Assembly (NCBI GenBank): GCA_964597575.1
Contig: CAZQXB010000001.1
Span: forward strand, 206,792-270,791
Direction: 5' to 3'
DNA: 64,000 nt
Source of the DNA: an uncultured Gammaproteobacteria bacterium
GTDB lineage: Bacteria > Patescibacteriota > Patescibacteriia > Magasanikbacterales > UBA922
Below the pieces are notes generated by a model that had not been told where the DNA came from, searched no databases, and saw nothing but the letters and a program-made list of their open reading frames with translations. This document shows, piece after piece, positions 57,945 to 64,000 of the stretch (position 1 is the first letter of the stretch; each line of letters opens with the position of its first letter). The position numbers and the translations under genes were made by a program.

Positions 57945-59048
57945 ATGAAGATTGCTCTAGTCCACGACTATTTGGCCCAGGACGGGGGAGCAGAACGAGT
58001 GCTCGGCGTCCTTCATCGGCTGTATCCAGAAGCTCCTATTTTTGTTTTATTTCATAAGAAAGGTTCTGTTGCTGGTTTAGAGAAGGCAATAATTCGTGAG
58101 TCATTTTTAGCGAAGCTCCCCTTTGGTCGACGATTATATCAGTGGTACTTACCCCTCATGCCGCTTGCAACTGAACATCATAATTTGCGCGGGTTTGATG
58201 TGGTTATCTCTTCTGCCTCAGGGCTAGCTAAGGGAGTTCTCACGCGCCCTGAAACACTCCATATTTCCTATTGCCACACTCCAACACGCTATCTTTGGAC
58301 AGACACGCATGAATACGTGGCCGATTTAAAGCAAAATAAGCTCGTAAAGGTGTTTTTACCAGGATTGATCCATCGTTTGCGTTTATGGGATCGTCTCAGT
58401 GTTGATCGGGTCGATCGTATTGTGGCCAATTCCGAAACGGTGAAGCGGCGTATTGCGAAGTACTACCGACGTTCAAGTGAAGTGTTGTATCCGCCGGTTG
58501 ATGTAGAAAATTTTACTCCTGCAAAAACAATCGGTAATTATTTTGTGGCTGGGGGGCGCCTCGTTCCGTATAAACGAATTGATATTGTTGTTCAGGTGTT
58601 TAACCGTCTTCAGCTCCCACTGTTTATTTTCGGTGTCGGCCCAGAACTTGCTCGGCTAAAGGCTATGGCCCGAAAGAACATCACTTTTTTAGGAAGAGTA
58701 AGTGATGCCGAAAAGGCAAAAATACTTGCTGAAGCGAAAGCATATATTCATCCGCAAATTGAAGATTTTGGTATTACCGCTGTCGAATCGATGGCGGCGG
58801 GGCGACCAGTGATTGCGTATCATGGCGGCGGGGCGAAAGAAACAGTCGTGCCCGGAAAAACCGGCATTTTTTTTGAAGAACAAACTTGGGAATCTCTTCT
58901 TCATGCCGTGATTCATTTTGATCACACCATATGGAACCAAGAGGTACTTACCACTCATGCCACCTCTTTTTCTGAAGAGCGTTTTCAAAAAGCTTTTCAC
59001 GCTCTGGTCGCAAAAGAGTACCAGGCGCATCTTACGGAACAAGGTTGA
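57945..59048 (+). CDS. Glycosyltransferase family 4 (GT-B, retaining).
   Basis: MKIALVHDYLAQDGGAERV N-terminus and a C-terminal E..xxxxxxE-type region (VESMAAGRPVIAYHGGGAKE). The start was set at MKIAL, 8 nt after the WbaP stop. Confidence 0.8.
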   Translation: MKIALVHDYLAQDGGAERVLGVLHRLYPEAPIFVLFHKKGSVAGLEKAIIRESFLAKLPFGRRLYQWYLPLMPLATEHHNLRGFDVVISSASGLAKGVLTRPETLHISYCHTPTRYLWTDTHEYVADLKQNKLVKVFLPGLIHRLRLWDRLSVDRVDRIVANSETVKRRIAKYYRRSSEVLYPPVDVENFTPAKTIGNYFVAGGRLVPYKRIDIVVQVFNRLQLPLFIFGVGPELARLKAMARKNITFLGRVSDAEKAKILAEAKAYIHPQIEDFGITAVESMAAGRPVIAYHGGGAKETVVPGKTGIFFEEQTWESLLHAVIHFDHTIWNQEVLTTHATSFSEERFQKAFHALVAKEYQAHLTEQG

Positions 59049-62000
59049 TGTTGGGAAGAGTACTTGCAGAAGCATCTTCACCACTTGATTCTCCGCGCGA
59101 GAGGGTGATATTTTTGGTGATTGCACCTGCTTCAATGGAGGTAGGAAGGTTGAGAGGTATGCTTACTGAGAGGTAGCCTCGTTTTTCGACGATGAGGCGA
59201 TAGCTGCCACCCCCGACCAAAAAGACGTATTCGCCTTTTTCATTTGTGATTTTTGTGTCTACTAATTTTTTCAGAGATTCATTGTAGAGGCGGACCACTG
59301 CGCCGGCAACTGCCTCGTGGGTGTGTGCGTCGATAATAGCCCCAGAACGTTTTGGTGTTTTTACCTTCGCATATCGGTAGAAGAGAATGCCGAGTCCAAC
59401 GTGAACCAAGACAAAACCAAATGTCTTGAGGTTCGGGGTTACGGTAAATGAGACGCCGGTGGCTACTGCACCTGCCATGGCCATACCCTGTTGAAGTGCG
59501 CGAAGCGGTTGGTTAAAGTTAAACCGACTGCGAATCACCTTGTGGGACCCCGCACGATCAAGAGCAATGCTTTTTGCAATTGGTTCTCCGTCAGCTGTTG
59601 TTACGATCGGGGTGCCGTAGTAGAGGTCGGTATGCCGACCATCTGCTTCGCGGCCATCAAGCAAAGAAGAGGGGAATACAAAACCGTCTTTTACCACCTC
59701 AAGACGGTAAGTGCCGGCTTTTGGTGTAAACAAATAGCGACCATGCATATCCGTAACACGCGTTTGGATTACTTTCCCGTTACCCTCATCAATTAATCGA
59801 ACAATGGCCAGGTCAACCGGAAGTTTTTTGTCGGTATCGTAGACCTCTCCCCAAACTTCTTTTTTGCGAAGTCCTAAAAACATGAGTGGTTGGAGGAAGA
59901 GGAAGCGGAGAAGCGGAGTAATAATAGTCCATAGTGACGAGGTGACTGCAATGGTCGAGATTGTTGTTGCAACCGGAGCGGTTACCCGTGCGACCTGGCG
60001 CACCTCTTCAGTTTCTCGAACTTCCGTTACCACACTCACGATTTCACTGTATGTTTCTTCAGCTCGAAATACGACCGCTTCAGCGATGTTTTGAGGAATT
60101 CTTTGAGGTCGTGCTTCTTGAGGCTGTGGGGATTGAGATGGTGGTGGGGTAGGAGCAGGGGGTGGCGTGGATTCTAAACCAAGAGGAAGCTCTGGAAGAG
60201 GGGTTTCCTCCTCAGGCTCTGTGGTTTCTCCTGGAACTTCCGGAGTGGATGGAGGAGGGGTTGGTGCTATTCCGCCTGCTGGTGGAGGAGGGGTTGGATT
60301 TGTGGAGCCACCGCCAGTTGATCCGCCCCCTGAAGGGGTTGGTGTTGGGGCGGGTGCTGGTGGGGTTGCGCCTGGGCCAGGAGAAGGAGGTGGAGGATTT
60401 GGCGTGGTTGGTGTTGGGGTAGGTGTCGGAGGTGGTGGGTTAGGTGTTACCGGATTTGGGGTCGGATTCGGTGTTGGTGGTGGAGGATTTGGCGTGGTTG
60501 GTGTTGGGGTAGGTGTCGGAGGTGGTGGGTTAGGTGTTGGCGGTGGAGGGGCAGCGCTATCAATGTATTCAATGGTGTCAGAAGCATCTGACTGGCCTCC
60601 AACATTGGTGCGGAAGCGTGCGAACACAGTTTTCATGCCAAAACCAGGCGTAAGAACCCACGGCATGTTGTTTACATATGGTTCGTATGAGGCATCTGCC
60701 AAATCTGGAAGATTTGAAACTGCGATTTGGTCTGCGCTTGGAACATCAAACGTGAGTGTTACGTTTCGAGAAGGTGTGGTGGGGTCTCCATCATTAATGG
60801 TAATTGCCGGACCGTTGGAGTTTGCACCGCCACCTCCCCCCCCGGATGGACTTGGGTTAATAGGAGGAGGGGGTGTTGGGGTAAAGCCACCAACGGAAAG
60901 GGTAGAAAATGGTCCACCAGAAATGCTTGCTTCTTGGTTGTTCACATCACGTGCTACGATGGTAAAGGAGTAGGATTGGCCATTGTTTAATCCTGTAAAA
61001 CGGAATGAAGTAGCTCCGGTCCACCCCGACGTTCGACTTGGGTCGTCGGTATCATATACCTGGTATTGAGTGGTTTGATCGTTGCCATTTGTACCCCAAC
61101 TTACGGTCATTTCAGTTGGTGTGATATTTGACACGCCGGCATCGCTTACGGGGTTTGGAAGAGTGTAAAAGGCAGTGGGTGTTCCTGAAGCGTAATTACC
61201 ATATTCGTCGTACGCCCAAATATTAACCGTATATACTGAAGAGCGTGCAAGACCGCTAAGAACGATTCCTGTTGCTCCGCCGTAGGTGCTTGTGGCCAGT
61301 GCGCTTTCTGTGGAAGAGGTGACTCGTGAATCTGTTGTGGTTGGAGGTGTGAGGTCTGGGCGGTAAAAAATACGATAATCAGAAAAATTTGCATCAGAAG
61401 AGGGTGTGCCAAAAACGAGCCGTGCACTTGTTTGAGATCGTTCAGCTACCGTCAGGTCCCCCGGGGTAGTTGGGTCTGTAAGATCAATCATACCAAACCA
61501 TCCGTCTACACGGCCGCGATCAATCGCATACTGGCCAGATGCATCAATAAGTGTTGGGTGGATATTTCTATTTTGTATCACTTGCAAGAATCGAATGTCC
61601 CGAGTTCCTATGGGGTTAATAGATGCCTGAACAACATCATGCGCGCTTGCAGCACTGCTGTTGAGCGATGAGCGAATAGAAAGAAGCGCTGTTGATGATG
61701 TACCTTGAAGGGTAAGGGCTCCGTTGATCGTAGTTGTTACTCCGGCTGGAAAGAAGAATTCTTGACTATTGGTGGCTATTTTTGTTATTCCGCCGAACGT
61801 AAGGTCGTGGGACGAGAGAATTGCCTGACTTCCATTTCGGGTCAATAAAAGAGTGGTCGATGCAGCGTCGACGGTACCGATAATGCTCGTCGTCCGATAG
61901 TCAAAAACGATTGGAATGGGAGGGAGGCGAATAATACTACCCGTATTTACACTAAGAACGGTTAATGTAGAGGCTGCCGAGTATTGTCGGAGGGTAAGGC

Positions 62001-63357
62001 TTCGGGCCTGTGAAAAATCAATCAAACTTCCGGTTGTTCCGGAAAGCCGAACAAAAACTCCGACTTGGATATCTCCGGAACCAAAAGTAAGCTGGGCTCC
62101 ATTCGTAGCTTCAACAGCTTCGGTTTGGACATTTCCTGGACCCCCGTTAAAAAATGCAACAGCACTTTGCCCACTAATAGCATTAGTGACACGAAGATTC
62201 GCATCATTTTGATTAAATGTTCCCGCAAATATACCCATTGTGTTAATGGTAGTCGTACCTGTGCCATTAAAGTTTGCAACAGTACCTGTGGAAAACAGGT
62301 CGATACGAGAAAGGTTCGCATCGGGTGGAAATTCAAGAACTCGAGCAGGTCCAAAGACACGGATGATACTCTGACCTCCTCCCCAGGTAGAATCGTGAAT
62401 AACGGGTCCGTGGGCATCGAGAAAGATGTAGGTTGATAGTCCTGATCCTGGTGGAAGATATGCGCGTAATACGCCTCGGGCGAAGTGGGCTGTACCACTA
62501 ACGACGATGCGAGCGGCGCTATCGCTCAGATCCTCGTACTGGATACCGTCTGAGGAGAGGGTGCGGTTCACCGTAAGATTATTTAAATAAAGAACGCTCG
62601 CCGAGCTTGTCGCAAAGTTGATGAACGAGTCCCCAGTACCGTCAAAGAGGATTGTTCCGTCGTTGTGGGCAAATGTTCCCCCGGTCGGTCGAAAGTGGGT
62701 GGAAAAACTTGTGGTAGCGCTTGAGGCTCGAAATGTACCAGCAGTTTGAGTAAAAACATCATTAATATCAATAATGTCGCTGTTGCCTAAAAAAGTGCCC
62801 GCATCCATAGTAAATGGGCCGTTAACCGTTAAACTTCTACTTTGGGTGATTGTTCCGCTATATGTAGCCTCAATCGTTACTCCGGCCACTGTTCCTTGGA
62901 AAGCAGGATCAATCGTTGCGTTTGTGACGCTGGTGTCGTTAAAAAGAACAACATCGGTGCTGCCTGGTACCGTGTCGGTGCTCCAGTTTGTAGCCGTGCT
63001 CCATAGTCCGTCACCACTTGAATTATCCCAGGTTATGGTAATGGCCTGCACTCCGCTCGCGAAGTAAAAATATATCGCGATAAAAGCCATCGTGGGCATG
63101 GCAACCGAAACAGTAACTCGTTTTCGGAGTCGGTAAAGGGAATACGCGCATCCTGTTTGGTTAAAAAAAGAAGGTGGGGTTTTCGCTGTATCGTAAAAAA
63201 AATAGAGTGGCAGCGCAATGATTGCGAGACACAACTCTAAAACAAGAATTGAAATTGTTTTTCCAATACCTCGGAAAGGGGAGGTAGAAACAAATTCTTG
63301 TTTTTGACGATGAATTTCTTCAGAAAGATTCGCGAGAATCTCAAACCACGCGTTCAT
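59032..63357 (-). CDS. Giant cell-surface protein D (1441 aa) with N-terminal TM segments, autotransporter-like beta-helix repeats (PATR-type) and two FN3-like domains. A poly-Gly run, a PT-rich linker and two transthyretin/CarboxypepD_reg-like domains placed between C-terminal TM helices complete the protein.
   Basis: ITWDNSSGDGLWSTATNWSTDTVPGSTDVVLFND (PATR-like). FN3-like blocks (YRIFYRP...VYTVNIWAYDEYGN; YQVYDT...SYSFTIVARD). (PPPPTPNPT)n. GEVYDTDKKLPVDLAIVRL...GRYLF and AGAVVRLYNE...GEYVF beta-sandwich signatures flanked by hydrophobic helices. Confidence 0.8.
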   Translation of the reverse strand: MNAWFEILANLSEEIHRQKQEFVSTSPFRGIGKTISILVLELCLAIIALPLYFFYDTAKTPPSFFNQTGCAYSLYRLRKRVTVSVAMPTMAFIAIYFYFASGVQAITITWDNSSGDGLWSTATNWSTDTVPGSTDVVLFNDTSVTNATIDPAFQGTVAGVTIEATYSGTITQSRSLTVNGPFTMDAGTFLGNSDIIDINDVFTQTAGTFRASSATTSFSTHFRPTGGTFAHNDGTILFDGTGDSFINFATSSASVLYLNNLTVNRTLSSDGIQYEDLSDSAARIVVSGTAHFARGVLRAYLPPGSGLSTYIFLDAHGPVIHDSTWGGGQSIIRVFGPARVLEFPPDANLSRIDLFSTGTVANFNGTGTTTINTMGIFAGTFNQNDANLRVTNAISGQSAVAFFNGGPGNVQTEAVEATNGAQLTFGSGDIQVGVFVRLSGTTGSLIDFSQARSLTLRQYSAASTLTVLSVNTGSIIRLPPIPIVFDYRTTSIIGTVDAASTTLLLTRNGSQAILSSHDLTFGGITKIATNSQEFFFPAGVTTTINGALTLQGTSSTALLSIRSSLNSSAASAHDVVQASINPIGTRDIRFLQVIQNRNIHPTLIDASGQYAIDRGRVDGWFGMIDLTDPTTPGDLTVAERSQTSARLVFGTPSSDANFSDYRIFYRPDLTPPTTTDSRVTSSTESALATSTYGGATGIVLSGLARSSVYTVNIWAYDEYGNYASGTPTAFYTLPNPVSDAGVSNITPTEMTVSWGTNGNDQTTQYQVYDTDDPSRTSGWTGATSFRFTGLNNGQSYSFTIVARDVNNQEASISGGPFSTLSVGGFTPTPPPPINPSPSGGGGGGANSNGPAITINDGDPTTPSRNVTLTFDVPSADQIAVSNLPDLADASYEPYVNNMPWVLTPGFGMKTVFARFRTNVGGQSDASDTIEYIDSAAPPPPTPNPPPPTPTPTPTTPNPPPPTPNPTPNPVTPNPPPPTPTPTPTTPNPPPPSPGPGATPPAPAPTPTPSGGGSTGGGSTNPTPPPPAGGIAPTPPPSTPEVPGETTEPEEETPLPELPLGLESTPPPAPTPPPSQSPQPQEARPQRIPQNIAEAVVFRAEETYSEIVSVVTEVRETEEVRQVARVTAPVATTISTIAVTSSLWTIITPLLRFLFLQPLMFLGLRKKEVWGEVYDTDKKLPVDLAIVRLIDEGNGKVIQTRVTDMHGRYLFTPKAGTYRLEVVKDGFVFPSSLLDGREADGRHTDLYYGTPIVTTADGEPIAKSIALDRAGSHKVIRSRFNFNQPLRALQQGMAMAGAVATGVSFTVTPNLKTFGFVLVHVGLGILFYRYAKVKTPKRSGAIIDAHTHEAVAGAVVRLYNESLKKLVDTKITNEKGEYVFLVGGGSYRLIVEKRGYLSVSIPLNLPTSIEAGAITKNITLSRGESSGEDASASTLPNINLVP
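60391..60540. repeat. Tandem DNA repeat inside protein D: a unit of about 58 bp present twice with about 92-bp period, encoding the PPPPTPNPTP linker.
   Basis: ggaggatttggcgtggttggtgttggggtaggtgtcggaggtggtgggttaggtgtt occurs at 60391 and again at 60483. Confidence 0.75.
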
Positions 63358-63529
63358 AGAATGGTCAAAGCGTTGGGTGGATTTTATTCCAGTATAGCAT
63401 GGAGATTACTGATTGACAAAAGAGGTAAAATGAGTTATGCTTCTGCCCACTTAAGGTGGTCAACCAGCCTTAAGTTTTGTAAAGGTCGATTGTGTTGAAT
63501 GTACTTTTAAACAGAAACTTTGGCGTGAT

Positions 63530-63832
63530 ATGCTTCTTTTTATCATTGGTATAATCGAAATGGTGATTATTGCTAGTTGGACCAAGGCTGTGTCTGACAC
63601 CAAAGTGCTCGCAAGCGGGGTTATAACCCTCATGAACGTTCTTGTGTGGTACTATGTGCTTCAAACAATCCTCGAAGATGTGACCAATTGGCGCATGGTC
63701 GTAGGGTATGCGCTTGGATGTGCAATCGGAACCATGATAACGACTATGTGGCACCGTTTTCGAGATACTCCCTCGTCAAAATCTTCAGTAACTGAAGAGA
63801 ATGGCGTAACTGCCGATAAGGCATTACTATGA
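63530..63832 (+). CDS. Hypothetical small membrane protein (3 hydrophobic segments).
   Basis: 100-aa ORF with TM-like segments. No motif recognised. Confidence 0.35.
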   Translation: MLLFIIGIIEMVIIASWTKAVSDTKVLASGVITLMNVLVWYYVLQTILEDVTNWRMVVGYALGCAIGTMITTMWHRFRDTPSSKSSVTEENGVTADKALL

Positions 63833-64000
63833 GCGTAGCGCTCCTTTTATCTCTCCCGTCACAAGATGACGGTGATGGATCTAGATAAACCACCTGAGTG
63901 TTTCAGAAACAGCAGGTGGTTTTTTAGTTTTGTAATGTGTGTATAGATATATCTTTTTCCTTCTATACGTCTGTGGTATACTACGATTGCTTTTCCTTGT

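Overview
This 64-kb window looks like a small-genome bacterium, and I infer something CPR/Patescibacteria-like from three things: roughly 40-50% GC in native genes, standard genetic code with TGA used as a stop, many genes lacking a Shine-Dalgarno sequence, and giant surface proteins. Housekeeping genes fill most of the window and I am confident about them. They include gyrB, a class-A PBP next to a SEDS (FtsW/RodA) gene, prfA-prmC, rplY, rpmE, secG, an OppA-like substrate-binding protein, RNase J, trpS, valS-tyrS-argS, a glycolytic string (gap-pgk-eno-gpmI-gpmI), rnpB, two tRNA-Leu genes, a WbaP-like sugar transferase and a GT4 glycosyltransferase. Four very large secreted or cell-envelope proteins are interleaved with these genes. 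Two of them (A at 9880..14961 and B at 30005..34105) are paralogues that share an unrecognised N-terminal module. Both carry arrays of ConA-like/DUF1349-like beta-jellyroll repeats separated by Pro-rich linkers. A third (C, 35519..38836) combines LamG, Calx-beta and a peptidoglycan-binding domain. The fourth (D, 59032..63357) combines an autotransporter-like beta-helix, FN3 domains and C-terminal domains embedded between membrane segments. The most striking single observation is a roughly 190-aa histidine-phosphatase (phosphoglycerate-mutase superfamily, RHG...SHG) domain inserted in frame into a conserved loop of ValS. Other notable items are a MazF/PemK-like toxin cassette, several GC-rich islets with strong Shine-Dalgarno sequences, and a promoter cassette shared by the PBP gene and rnpB. 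There is also a perfect 142-bp intragenic duplication in giant protein B and a pair of tandem diverged gpmI paralogues. All of this is read directly from the sequence and translations. Domain calls rest on motif recognition, not database searches.
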